From positions 42,346,001-42,410,000 of the forward strand of contig OX597837.1 in the NCBI GenBank assembly GCA_951406725.2: a stretch of 64,000 bases of DNA, written 5' to 3'. The position numbers and the translations under genes are program-made. The stretch is from Octopus vulgaris. Lineage: Eukaryota. The notes below the pieces were generated by a model. It made no database searches and had not been told where the DNA came from. It saw only the letters and a program-made list of their open reading frames with translations. Positions 10,947 through 24,087 of the stretch are shown here, one piece after another. How positions within the stretch are numbered: the stretch's first letter is position 1; every line of letters starts with the position of its first letter.

Positions 10947-12639
10947 TTTATACTATTCTATGTACTCTCTTTAAATCAAGTAAAAAATTTAGATTTTTTT
11001 TCTCTTGTAGTATGCAATTGCCATGACCACCAACTGCTCAATGGTATTGAATTCAAAACCCTATAACAAGCTTGTTGTTCATTTAGATATAATTTGTCTA
11101 AGGGGCACGTGTGTTGCGCATGCCAGTATGTGTGGTGTCGAGTTGTTGTTGCTTAGTGCCAGGTCAGCTCTGATTAAGCAGAACTATGAACAAATGCGTA
11201 CCAGACATGACCATCTTAAGTATTTTTAGTCACAGTGTATGTATATATATATAAAACTGCCATTGGGTGATTGTAATAATCCACCACAAAAGATGAAAGG
11301 AACTTAATTTTAACAGAATAGATATAATCATTTTATCATTTCCATACAACATCGCCAAGTGTTTCAATTCTTGCTAAATAAGTATCTCTCTCTCTATCTA
11401 TCTATTTATCTATCTATAACGGGAAGGTTTACGAAAATAAACAAAAGACGAAGGCAGGTGGAGTAAAAACAAATGTATTAGTATCTATATATATATATAT
11501 ACGAGCAAAACACCCCCGTCCAATGGACAGTGCTGAGTTGTCAAACATTTAAACCAAATTTTCTCAAAACAACTTTCCGACCGTCCCATAGCCCCCCCCG
11601 CCCACCTTAAGAAACACTGATTTAGCCTACATTTGAGACACCAGCAAAAGAAGAAATAAAGATAGACTTTTTTTTCTATTCCAAAGAAAAACGATTTTAT
11701 TCACACAAATATGCAACCAAAGAGTTTAAAGTACCAGTAAGTACATCACAACAAATGCACGTTCCCATGGCTTTATCAATCGCATTCTCACCTGGAATCG
11801 ATTTTTGTAATTTTTTCAAGACTTATACACGCCCTGATACCATTGGCAAAAGGGACCAGTAAAATAAGTATTAGGCTTAAAGAAAAAAGTAAGTCCTGGG
11901 GTCAATTTCTTGGACTAAAACCTTTTAGGGCAGCGCTCCAGCATGGCCACAGTCAAATGACTGACACACTTAAAAGAACAGGAGACAGGTGCACTTTTGC
12001 ACACATATACACAAGATTGACTTCTCGTGTGCACTTATGAAATTCACTCACAAGGCTTTGGTTGACCCAGGGGCACATTAGAAGACACTTGTCCGAGTTG
12101 CCACACAGGGAGATTGAACACAAAACAACAAGAGTGAGAACTGAAAGGAGAGGAATACAATATTTAAATGTGTCATTCATTTTTAAAATAACAAGATATG
12201 ATTTAAGGGAGACCAGACTGCTATTACTAGCAGGTCAAGAAAATGTGTAAAGGCACACGTAGTAGCCTATGTTTGTTGTGTTTACATAAGCAGATGGTTT
12301 CTTTGGAATTATGTCTTGATCTGATTTGCTGGAGCTCATTGATTTAAAAGCTGGGTGCCACGGATGCTCTTCATAGCAATAACAAGTCAACCGTGAAATG
12401 AAGGAAGTAGAGAAGCTGTTGTTCAACTTATTTATGTTGCAAATAATGGGCAATAATGTTGCTGGTTAGAACTTTCCAATGAGGCAATTACTGATTCACT
12501 ACATTTCCAACAGTGAGTGTGGCAAGAGAGAGTGTCTGAAACTTAATGCAGAACAAATACTACAAGGGTCTTCATTTGAAGAGCAACACTATTTCTTGGC
12601 TGATGTTTACATCCTTCAACATATATATATATATATATA

Positions 12640-12810
12640 TGCACATTTTTTTCTTCTCTCCTTGTTTCTTCCTTGTTTTTTCTGTGTCCCTTTCTATAGA
12701 GGAGCATAGGTTCAAAACGTAAAAGACTTTTTCTATTCCAGAGCGTTATACTAATACATCTGTTTGTTTTGTACACCACCTGTCTTCGTCTTTTTTTTTA
12801 CATAAACTCT

Positions 12811-12815
<5 letters not shown>
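12640..12815 (+). mobile_element. Penelope-like terminal-repeat fragment
   Basis: Reverse-complement homologue of 4836-5010; decayed hammerhead-like motif at 12694-12718. Confidence 0.6.
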
Positions 12816-12860
<45 letters not shown>

Positions 12861-12868
12861 ATAGTAAT

Positions 12869-12995
12869 AAATGCGCCCTTTTAAAGCCTAACCAGGCTCA
12901 TGGGCCCAGTGTCCCAGTTTCTATGGCGTATGTGTTCCACAGCTGGACGGGATGCCAGTCCATCACGACATTACTCATTTTGCCAGCGCGCCTCC
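12869..12995 (-). mobile_element. SINE family I tail fragment
   Basis: Reverse complement of the 56900-57007 tail. Confidence 0.8.
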
Positions 12996-13016
12996 ACATA
13001 TATATTCTTTTACTGT

Positions 13017-13363
13017 GGAGGCGCCATAGGGCAGCGGACTCGTGGTTGTAGGATCACGGTTTCGATTCCCAGACCGGGTGTTGTGAGTGTTTATTGAGCA
13101 AAACACCAAAAGCTCCACGAGGATCTGACAGTTGAGCAACTCGACCCCAGGATTAATCTTTGTAAGTCTAGTACTTATTCTATCAGTCTCTTTTGCCGAA
13201 CCGCTAAGTGATGGGCTTCCTTCAATTTCCATCTACCAGATCCATTCACAAGGCTTTGGTCGGCCCGAGGCTACAGTAGAAGACACTTGCCCAAGGTGCC
13301 ATGCAGTGGAACTGAACCTGGAAACATGTGGTTGGTAAGCAAGACTACTTACCACACAGCCAC
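13017..13363. mobile_element. SINE family J head (+, 13017-13121) fused to an internally deleted family A copy (-, 13130-13363)
   Basis: GGTTTCGATTCCCAGACC...TTATTGAGCAAAA matches 20370-20473; the remainder matches family A. Confidence 0.8.
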
Positions 13364-13983
13364 GGCATTGTAGAGTAAATGTGAAAGGCAGGATCTGGCC
13401 AGTTGGGATCATAAATAGACAGAATATCTTGGTCAGGTTTTAAACTCATGACCATTTAAGTTAAAAATGTGTAAATTAGCAGCTTCACAACTTAAGTATG
13501 ATTCTTTTCAGAAAAAAATTAGCAGCGGAAAATACAACAAAGCATTATATAGATTGTTTGTGGACAAAATAAAGGATGTATATTAATACTTTATATCGAT
13601 GCGTATGAGTGAATGTGTGTATGTATGTGTGGGGGAGTGAACCTGCACGTGAAGGTGTAGATGTGTGGTAATAAACAATTTTATTTTCAAATTCTTTCCC
13701 CCCATTATTGGGGGGATGGGAGTGGAGAAAGAGAGATGGTGATGGTATGAAATGAAAGAATCGTAACCCCCTACCTCCTCGTAGAACGAAGGCTAAACAT
13801 TTATCGTACTAACACAACCAAAACAAAAACAAAAACAAAGAGAAACGAAACATCATCTTTCTATAGCAATGCTAATGTATTTGACACAACAGCTATTACC
13901 GTAAGTCTGTGACATTATCTTAATGTTAATCCATTTCGGAAGAAGTGGTCATATAGGTTCACTGATACGGCTGCACTCTGTAC

Positions 13984-14118
13984 GCACACAAAGACACACA
14001 CGCACACACATGCACTCACTCACGCACACACACACACACACACACACTCACTCACACACACACAGACACACATAGACACACACACACTCACACACTCACA
14101 CACACACAGACACACAAA

Positions 14119-14165
<47 letters not shown>

Positions 14166-14193
14166 ACTCACACACACACACACACACACAAAG

Positions 14194-14225
<32 letters not shown>

Positions 14226-14250
14226 ACTCACTCACACACACACAGACACA

Positions 14251-14293
<43 letters not shown>

Positions 14294-14460
14294 ACTCACA
14301 CACACACACACACACACTTACACACTCACACACACACACACAGACACACATAGACACACACACACTCACTCACACACACACTCATGCACACACACACACA
14401 CGCACGCACATATGGTGTCACACACACACACATACACAGATGGGCATACACTTACACACA
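13984..14460. repeat. Long imperfect (CA)n tract
   Basis: Direct reading. Confidence 0.97.
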
Positions 14461-14603
14461 GAATAATAGTTAACTTTCAATAATTGAAGAAATAAAATAG
14501 AAATGAATTATTAAGAGCTGTTTTAGATGTAAGAGGTAAGCAAAGCTGAATTTTGTTTTCTTCTCCTTTTTGCTCATTATTACCATTATTATTATTCCTA
14601 TCA

Positions 14604-14634
<31 letters not shown>

Positions 14635-14828
14635 GACTATTATTACCATTATCATCATCATCATCATCATTAATATAACTGGTGCTATTTTCTTATATTT
14701 TTAACTTAGTTCATCTGATGGAATGAATCTAAGATTCCATCTAGATAGGGTTGGAAAATAATTTTATGTTTTGATGTAAGTGATAAAAATCACACACACA
14801 CACACACACACACACTCATTCACACACA

Positions 14829-14868
<40 letters not shown>

Positions 14869-15371
14869 AACAAAAGCTCTATATCAGATAAGGTCTTTAT
14901 TCAATTATTTAACAGCAACAACAATAAAAGGAACAGAAAAAAAATCAGTGAAGGGAAAAAACAAAAACAAAAAGGCAATACAATATCAAAAAAACAAAAA
15001 CATCAGGAAATGAACAAGAAAAAAAAAAAATCTAATCTTAAACAGTTGTTAATTGAAGCAAAGTTTTGTAACTGATAAGAGATAAATAAAATCAGGAGAA
15101 AAGTGTATTTCGGTTAATAAAGAACACCTATTTTGTTGAATGACATTCATAAAGCAGTAGGGATTCTAAAATGGAAGTGAAGAAAATAGATAATGGACTG
15201 CAAATGAAAAGATTTATCCATCTCCATTATTATTAATATTGCACCAACAACAGAGGAATCGGTTTGTGATGCAAAAGAACAGGTGGCATTAGTTTCCAAA
15301 GTTGCACACAAGTTTAGTACATTGAAAATATCAATGGTTATGCATGAGAACAATATATTTTTATATAATAA

Positions 15372-15414
<43 letters not shown>

Positions 15415-15415
<1 letters not shown>

Positions 15416-15778
15416 CATCATCTTCATTGTTTAACGTCCGTTTTCCATGCTAGCATGGGTTGGACAGTTCGATCGGGATCTGGGAAGCCAGGTGGCTGCA
15501 CCAAGCTCCAGTCTTATCTGGCAGTGTTTCTACAGCTGGATGTCCTTCCTAACGCCAACCACTCCGTGAGTGTAGTGGGTGCTTTTTACATGCCACCGGC
15601 ATAGGGGCCAGATGAGGCTGGCAAACAGCCACGATCGGTTGGTGCTTTTACGTGTCACCGACACGGATGCCAGTCAGGCGGTGCTGGCAACTGCCACGTT
15701 CGGATGGTGCTTTTAACATGTCACCAGCACGGGTATCTTAACTACAATTTCCATTTGATTTTCATTTTGATGTTGGTG

Positions 15779-15780
<2 letters not shown>
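15415..15780 (-). mobile_element. Family C RTE-related non-autonomous retroelement
   Basis: Minus strand ...GGCGTTAGGAAGGACATCCAGCTGTAGAAA...CATGCTAGCATGGAAAACGGACGTTAAAC plus (GAT)n tail; internal sub-repeats GGTGCTTTT(T)ACRTGYCACC. Confidence 0.85.
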
Positions 15781-15828
<48 letters not shown>

Positions 15829-16227
15829 TATATATATGAATACATACACATATACATAAAAATACATAGACATAAATGCACGTGTATTACATTATATTAC
15901 ATAATATAATATAAAATGCTTTCTGAAACTCTACATGAAGTAGTTATGTGTTACATAAAAATATAAAGTGTAGCTAATGGAAAGTGACATTGAATAGTTG
16001 GTACGGATAAAACGATGTTCAGCTGCTGAAAATAAAATCACACTGAAAATATTCCCGTTCTTTGAGTGTATCAGAGAGAAACAGGGACTAGATATATCAA
16101 TATAGCAGGAGTAGATTAATGGCAAGCATAGTCTGAAGGCTTGGTAAAACCAATCCTTTTCTGAGTTGCCCCGAAAAGATAATTTTATTGTTCTGATGCT
16201 GGTGACGCTTTGCTTCAAAGTCTTTAA

Positions 16228-16657
16228 CCCTTTAACCCTTTCGTTACTGTATTTATTTTGAGATGCTCTGTGTTTCTTTCAATTACTTTAAATATAACAA
16301 AGAATTTAGTAAAATAACTTAGTTATCATTAAGCTAGTGTTAGGAACATAAATTATGACTAAGGTTTGGTGGAAGATTTTAATTCAAAACTTATGAAAAC
16401 AAGACATTTGTACTTAGAGCCAGAACCGGTTTCAGCCGGGTTGGTAACGAAAGGGTTAACATACAAATTACTCTGTTAAATGTGATGCTTATTTATTCAT
16501 ATGGTTTTGAGTTAATCATGCATTATCTCATAGCTTCAAGATTTCGAAGACGTGACTGTTTGTTTTTTGAATGATATAGTATGGTAAGAGTGAGAGGCCA
16601 GATCTGGCCAGTTTGAAAATTTAGGTGAGAATATGGTTGGCTCAAATGCTAAAGGTT
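16228..16657 (+). mobile_element. MITE family E containing a nested family D element
   Basis: TTAA-CCCT-TTAA-[D]-TTAA-CATACAAATTACTCTG...AATGCTAAAGG. Confidence 0.85.
16236..16455 (+). mobile_element. piggyBac-type MITE family D, intact, 220 bp
   Basis: TIRs CCCTTTCGTTAC / GTAACGAAAGGG; TTAA TSD at 16232-16235 and 16456-16459. Confidence 0.95.
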
Positions 16658-16931
16658 TTAAGAGATCATGTGTTACTCTTGCAAGCATCGGTGAAACCAA
16701 AAACACTTATTGTTAATTACATTCCAGCAGATTTGAACTGCAATATGCTAATCGGTGTGTCATCATTAGAAAGCAACAGCTCTCAGACAAATGCGTGTTC
16801 ATAACACACTCGATATATTTGCATAAGGAGTCATTGGGACATCCAGTGTTTCAGCCTCATTGTGTCTCCTCAGCCAAAGCTACTTTACACAAACGAATTA
16901 AACAAGAGATTGAGGTTTTGTTTATAACTTC

Positions 16932-17240
16932 TTCATCATCATTTAATGTTCCTTTTCCATGCTAGCATAGGATGGATAGCTCGACAAGAACAAATGAACC
17001 AAAGGGCTACATCAAATTTTATATCTAGTTTGGCATGGTTTCTACAGCTGGATGCCCTACCTAGCACCAACCACATAACAGAGTGTACTGAGTGCATTTT
17101 TATGTGAGGGCGACCAGTACAAGTAAGACAGGACTCTACATCCGAATGGAGCATAAAATGGAAGGATGAGAAACTATGATAGAGACAAGGAGCAGGTGTT
17201 TTGTTGAGGAGGTGAATACATGGCTTGCCTACATCCTGCA
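16932..17240 (-). mobile_element. Old family C copy
   Basis: (CAT)n, TTTTCCATGCTAGCAT, CTACAGCTGGATGCCCT. Confidence 0.75.
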
Positions 17241-17939
17241 TGCTGATATCTGCAAACTGCTATTTACAAATTATTATATTCAGATCGTTAGATCTGTTGT
17301 CACAACAACTTATTAAGTAGTAAAATGGGAGTGGTTTCTATTTCCCCCCCGCTTACTTTGCAAATGGAGACAGAGTAATAATGATGTACTTTCAACGGAT
17401 AATACATAGGAATCCATGGATTAAAGGAAGAAATGAGATTGTGACATTATTCTTTCGTTTTCCTTACTGGCATTAATGAATTCTGAAAACTTGGACAATT
17501 GCATATTACTGAATAGGAAAAAATCGTTTCTGTATTTTGAATCTGCTCATCATGAAATTGGGAAAAGAGAAAAAGGAAAAATCTGTTGTTAGATACGCAG
17601 AACGAAGAAATATAAAACAAAAATTGTCTTTGACAAAGAATACTACAATGGATTATTTATTTATTAAAGGAAAGGAAAATGTACTTTCTATGCATGCATA
17701 TATATGCAAGTCTCTCTTTCTCTCTCTGTATGTGTATGTATATATGTGTGTGTATATATATGTGTGTATATATTTTGGTAAGTGCCAATGCAGGAAATTC
17801 TCACTTCTTGAATCACTCTGTTGCTTCTGCTAAATATTAATAAAAATATACATATACTCATATTTTCAGTTCTATTTTTCCTGTTTGCATATCTGTACTT
17901 GTAAATACATACACACACACACACACACACATATATATT

Positions 17940-18672
17940 ATTTGTTTCAGTCATTGGACTGAGGTCATGCTGGGGTGCTGCTGCCTTGACGGGTTTTAGT
18001 CGAACAAATAGGCCCCAGTACTTGTTTTGTTTTTTTTTTTAAATCTGGCACTTATTCTATTAGCCCCTTGTGTTGAACTGCTACATTACAAGGATATAAA
18101 CAAACCATTTCCAGTTGTCAAACAACATGGAAAGAAAAACACAATCATGCACATGCACACACATACACATATATATATATATATATATATACTCACACAT
18201 ACACACATGTACAAACACACACATGTGACGTGCTTCTTCCTGTTTCTGTATGCCATCCCGTCAGAAGGCTTTGGTTGACTAATGGCTATAGTGGAAGACA
18301 CTCAGCAAAGGTGCCACACAGTGGGACTGAACACAGAATTGTATGGTTGGGAAGCAAACATCCACTTTCCCTTGCTTGCAAGAGTCAGACAGAATTATTT
18401 GCTGAGGTAGATTTTCTATGGCCTGATGCCCTTCCTGTTGCCAACCCTCAATGTGATATTTCTCATGACCAGATATGTTTTTCACGGAAGACTGGAAATG
18501 AATTACATTAACTGAATGACAAGGATGCTAATTTAGAACCATCACATGGTCAAGACAGGGGTACACACAACCATATCCAATCACAAGGCTTTGATTGTCC
18601 AGGGTTTGTAGTAGAAGAAACTTGACCAAGGTGCTAAATGGTGGGACTGAACTTAAGACCACATAGTTGGGA
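17940..18672 (-). mobile_element. Cluster of old family A and C-variant fragments
   Basis: A tail and head 17940-18360, C variant 18361-18560, A head 18575-18672. Confidence 0.7.
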
Positions 18673-18710
18673 AATACACACACACACACACATATGTATG
18701 TGCCTGTGTT

Positions 18711-18944
18711 GAACATCTTATCTGGCCACCACATTCCCCAGATCTCAATATTATTGAAAATTTATGGTGCATTTTAGAAAAACAAGTAAGGAGTTGATAT
18801 CCTCCACCATCATCACTACAAGAACTGGAGACTGTTTTAGCTGAAGAATGGACAAAAATTCCTTTGGAAACAATTCAAACTTTGTATGAGTCCATACCTT
18901 GTAGTATTCAAGCTGTAATTACTATCAAAGGCAGTCCTACCCCA
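18711..18944 (+). pseudogene. Tc1-like transposase C-terminal fragment with in-frame stop
   Basis: EHLIWPPHSPDLNIIENLWCILEKQVRS*YPPPSSLQELETVLAEEWTKIPLETIQTLYESIPCSIQAVITIKGSPTP; WPxxSPDLNxIE is the Tc1 catalytic-E motif; TGA at 18795-18797. Confidence 0.93.
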
Positions 18945-19157
18945 TGGACTCATGGACATATGAGGGTTTGACAAATTCTTGCCGAACAACCATCCAGATG
19001 ATTTGTTTATAGTGATCAAATGTTTGTGTTCACATAAGATTACTCCCTCCACAAAATCAACAGGTACATCATGTACAGGTACATCATGTACAGGTACATC
19101 ATGTGCCACATGTCAGATGATTGCAGAGTGACATGAAATGAATGATCAACTTGTTAT

Positions 19158-19315
19158 TAGTTCAAATTCCGCCAAGGTCAACTTTGCCTTTCATCCTTTT
19201 GGGGTCGATAAATTAAGTACCAGTTATGCATTGGGGTCGATGTAATCGACTTAACCCGTTTGTCTGTTCTTGATTGTCCCCTCTGTGTTTAGCCCCTTGT
19301 GGGTAGTAAAGAAAC
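19158..19315 (+). mobile_element. SINE family B, 5-prime truncated
   Basis: GTTCAAATTCCGCC...GTAGTAAAGAAA. Confidence 0.88.
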
Positions 19316-20155
19316 ATATTATTAAAATTTCTTGTTATGAGCAATATTTCAGGTGACACAAAAGACACCCATATTTTTGTAAATAGGGAACGACAGCTTT
19401 TTTTTGTTCAAACATGTATCACAGACACAACTGGGTTCAAGTTTGATCTTTTACCATCAAATTTTTTTTCAAATTTCTGTATCTGTCCTTTGTGTCTAGT
19501 TTGCAAGAATATTATTCCTAAACCCATTAGTCTGAAGTTTCAATGCTTTCCCAATCTCATTTTCTAAATCTTGTAATGGCATATTGTCTCTGCAGTTGAC
19601 AGTAAGTCACAAAGGGTTTCAGGAATAATTTTACAACAAATAAAAATCATCAAAGTCAGATTTTAAATTATATAACTGCAAAGCCGGGTAGATTTCATGT
19701 CAGCGAGATTGATATTTCATACAGAACCTTATATTTATTAAACTTAAATGTTTTGAAAATGATAAAGTAGAGTCTCTGTCTACCAAAGTCACTCAAAAGA
19801 CCTTGGTTAGACCAAGGCAACAGTAGAAGGTGCTTGCCTAAGGTACCACACATTGAAACTGAACTCCAAACCACATGGTTGTTAAGCGAACTTCTTAACC
19901 ATACAGTCATGCTTGTGCGCGCACACACACACACACACACTCTCTCTCTCCCTTTTCCTTGTTTCAGTCATTTAATTCGTGCCATGCTGGGTCACAAACG
20001 TGTACGATTGTCCTCAAACAAATCAATCCAAGGACTTATTTTATTTGTCACTTTCGCTGAACTGCTAAGTCACAGGGACATAAACAAACTAATACGGTTG
20101 GGGTGGGGGGAGCAAAGGCAATCAATGACACTTGCATGTTAATTTCATGAGCAAG

Positions 20156-20473
20156 CTTGCTCATGAAATTAACATGCAAGTGGCTGAGCACTCCACAGAC
20201 ACATGTACTCTTAACATAGTTCTTGGGGAGGTTCAGTGTGACACAGAGTGTGACAAGGATGGCCCTTTTGAAATCTAGGTACAACAGAAACAGGAAGGAG
20301 GAGTGAGAGAAAGTTAAGAGTACAGCAGGGTTCAGCACCACCCCCTGCCGGAGCCTCATGGAGCTTTACGTGTTTTTGCTCAATAAACACTCACAACACC
20401 TGGTCTGGGAATCGAAACCATGATCCTAAGACAGCGAGTCTGCTGCCCTAACCACTGGGCCATTGTGCCTCCA
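20156..20473 (-). mobile_element. tRNA-derived SINE family J, 3-prime end replaced by a fold-back
   Basis: Minus strand GGAGGCACAATGGCCCAGTGGTTAGG (A box) and GGTTTCGATTCCC (B box); related fragment at 25830-25990. Confidence 0.85.
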
Positions 20474-21082
20474 AATATATATACACACACACACTATACA
20501 CAAACATACACCATACACACATGTGTGTATGTATGTATACACACACACTATACACAAACATACACCATACACATGTGTGTGTATATATGTATATACACAC
20601 ACACAAATCCATACATACAAATATATATACATGAAAACACATACATCTACATATATATATGTATATATATTCATACATACACACACACATTGCTTATATT
20701 GGCGTGCCTTCTCGTGTTCATCGTGAATATGTTTGGACATACGACAGGAAGATGAAACTGGTTTGCCAAGATGTTATGTTTCTTTAATTGCTGCGATAGA
20801 CGTATATATAACGAGCAAAATACACTGGATTAACGATAATTTACAGTCACGCGAGCTGCTTGTTACTTTTTATTATATTATTCTCTTCTTCAATTCCACT
20901 TTGGCTTAATAACAAGCTGCCAGTTTGGGGACCAGGCCAAAACACAGGGGCTTCGTAAGAGCTGTTTTCATACACAACAGAGTTTATTAATGCAATCAAG
21001 AAAAGATCATATATATCTCATAATCCTCATGCATTCATTTGCTCACACACATGCATAAACAAACAGCTATATGTATATATAT

Positions 21083-21127
<45 letters not shown>

Positions 21128-21134
21128 GCTCCTA

Positions 21135-21303
21135 CACGCATTTTTTTCTCTCTTTGTTTTTTTCTGCGTATCTTTTTGTCAAAGAGCGTAGGCTCGAAAC
21201 GTAAAAGACTTGTTCTATTTCTATTCCTGAGCGCCATACTAATACATTTGTTTGTTTGTACACCACCTGCCTTCGTCTTTTGTTTATTTTCATAAACTTT
21301 CCC

Positions 21304-21305
<2 letters not shown>
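21135..21305 (+). mobile_element. Penelope-like terminal-repeat fragment
   Basis: TCTTTTTGTCAAAGAGCGTAGGCTCGAAACGTAAAAGA, homologous to 4836-5010. Confidence 0.6.
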
Positions 21306-21346
<41 letters not shown>

Positions 21347-21353
21347 ATGAGTG

Positions 21354-21535
21354 AAGGTGCATGGCTCAGTGGTTAGTGACTCAAGTTTACGATCGTGAGG
21401 TTCATTCCTGGACTAGGCTGCATGTTATGTTCTTGAGCATGACACTTTATTTCACGTTGTTCCGGTTTACTCAGCTGTAGAAATGAGTTGTGACATCACT
21501 GGTGCCAAGTTGTATTGGCCTTTTTGTCTTTCCCA
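21354..21535 (+). mobile_element. SINE family I-related head and core
   Basis: TGGCTCAGTGGTTAG...TGTTCTTGAGCATGACACTTTATTTCACGTTG, matches the 56768 copy. Confidence 0.8.
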
Positions 21536-21688
21536 TGCTGGACATATCAAAGGACAAAGGTCAGATTATATGGACCACCTCTTCCTGGAGGACAAAATGA
21601 GCTTGTTTAGGACCAGTATCCCAACGAAGAAGAAAAAAAGAAGCTAAGTTACAGAAGCATCAATGACAACTGAAAATCAACAAAACCT

Positions 21689-21796
21689 GGGAGAGGAAGG
21701 CCTTCTATTAGAGAGAGGAAAGCCTTCTATTAGGGAGAGGAAGGCCTTCTATTAGGGAGAGGAAGGCCTTCTGTTAGGAAGAGGCAGGCCTTCTAT
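21689..21796. repeat. 22-bp minisatellite, 5 copies
   Basis: GGGAGAGGAAGGCCTTCTATTA at 21689, 21711, 21733, 21755 and 21777. Confidence 0.95.
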
Positions 21797-21963
21797 GATG
21801 TGGGATACTGAGGAAGAACTGAAAAAAGCAGGAATCCTACGAGAGAGAGGAAAGGTTGATGGCCTATGCTCCATAGAGAGCGAAGGGTTTACAGATGTCA
21901 GCATGGTAGACACTTGCAAGTGAAGACTATTTTTTTAATGAAGTAGAAGTATGCGCATGCACA

Positions 21964-21999
<36 letters not shown>

Positions 22000-22976
22000 T
22001 AAAGCAAGAAGTAATTTATTTTAATAAAAGTTAGAAGTTATATTCGCACTATAACAGAGCTGACGGCCCATGCCACTCCAGCAGAATTGGAAGAACCTGA
22101 TGGTTCATCATATGTGTGTGTGTGTGTGTGATCACACACTTCCTATTAGACAGAACTCACCAGCAAGAGAACAGGTTATCTTTATTTCATGTGTGTGTGT
22201 GTGTGTGTGTATTGTATGTATGTTATTCCGTTTAATTTAGTCAGAATCATCCTCTGTATATAAATCGAAACAGTGCAAGAAATAAAGCCCAGAGGTGAAT
22301 ATTTGCATAGAGTTTGTTAAATAATTTCAAATTTTTAATTAATTTCCTTCATGCAGATATGCACTTGTCATAAAATGAAAAATTGCTTTTTTTTATTATT
22401 ATTATTATCATTATTTTATTTATTTATTTATTTACCTATTTATTATTTTTTTTCTCCCAGTTTGGACCAAATTGCAACTTTTGGTGAAATTAAAATTTCA
22501 TACAAATTATACATCAACGTTAGAACGTTGTTAACTTTTGCTTAAAATAATTAAAATTTGCATAACTTTAATCAGTGTTCTAAGAAAATATGGAAAACAA
22601 GATCAAGTCAAGTAGTGTCATAGCAAGGCAACTAAACTTAGGAATAGAATCTAAGGTGTACATGTCCATATGCCGAAGTAGCAGTTATTTAAATAACACA
22701 AAGTAAAACAATAATAAAAGTAATGATATTTTCAAGGTGTGGGTTATTCCTTGAAGAAACTCCAGCCCCAGCTCACCATGCCGACCCATACTAGAAAGAT
22801 AGATTTGACAGGGTTGCTATAAATATGGGGTTGAGGGTTTGCATTTATAGTTTACTTGTTTTAGTCATAGGACTGTGGTCATGCTGGAGCACTGCCTCGA
22901 AGGGTTCAGTTGAACAACTAAGTTCTGCCCCTGCTTAATCTATTGACATCTTTGCCGAACCAACAAGTTACAGGGA

Positions 22977-23470
22977 TCATCATCATTATCATCATCATTT
23001 AGTGTCAGCTTTCCATGCTAGCATGGGTTGGATGGTGCAACTGGTGTCTGGGAAGCCAGAAGGCTGCACCAGGCCCAGTCTGATCTGGCAATGTTTCTAC
23101 AGCTGGATGCCCTTCCTAACGCCAACCACTGCATAAGTGTAGTGGATGCTTTTTAAGTGCCACCGGCACAGGTGCCAGACAAGGCTGGCAAACGGCCACG
23201 ATTGGATGGTGCTTTTTACGTGCCACCACTGGCAACGGCCACGATGTACACAAACCTAGTAGTCAAACTGATGGTTGGGAACAAACACACACACATGTGC
23301 GTGTAAAAAGCACCCAGGATACCCATTAAAGTGGTTAGCATTCGGAAGGGTAACCAGCCATACAAACCATGCCAAAACAGACAACTGGTGCAGCTTTCCA
23401 GTTAGCCAGCACCTGTCAAACCCTCCGACCCATGCTAGCATGGAAAATAGATGTTAAATGATGAGGATGA
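22977..23470. mobile_element. Two family C copies in opposite orientation (- 22977-23245, + 23300-23470)
   Basis: (CAT)n start and (GAT)n end with mirrored CATGCTAGCATG motifs. Confidence 0.82.
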
Positions 23471-23471
23471 T

Positions 23472-23508
<37 letters not shown>

Positions 23509-23865
23509 TAACAAACTTCCACAGGTTCCCCTCGACCAAAGCATTTGTCCACCTGGGGCTATAGTAGAAGACGCTTACCCAAGGTGCTGTACAGTGGGAC
23601 TGAACCCCAAATCCCCTGGTTGCAAAATGAGCTATTTAACCACACTAACCACGTTTGTGCTTATCAAGTAAGTTTATCAGGAGATGAAAATGGTAGTGTG
23701 ATGAACATGTTACTATTCCCAGCCAATCACAGTGCACTTGATCAAGGTACTTGTGATGAAGTCTCTAGAAATTCTCTCTCTCTATATGTATCTGTCTTGC
23801 TCTCCTCTCTCTCTGTCTCCTCTCTCTCTCTCAAATAACAAACATGCATTTTGGAGACATATTAA

Positions 23866-24087
23866 CCCTTTTGTTACCATATTTATTTTGAGATGCTCTG
23901 TGTTTCTTTCAATTTATTTTAAATATAACAAAGAATTTAGTTAAAGAACTTAGTTATCATTAGGCTAGTGTTGGGAACATAAATTGTGACTAAGGTTTGG
24001 TGGAAGATTTTAATTCAATACATATGAAAACAAGAGATTTGTACTACAGAGCCAGAGGCGGTTTTGGCTGGGTTGGTATCAAAAGGG
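23866..24087 (+). mobile_element. MITE family D
   Basis: TTAA-CCCTTTTGTTACC...GGTATCAAAAGGG-TTAA. Confidence 0.93.
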
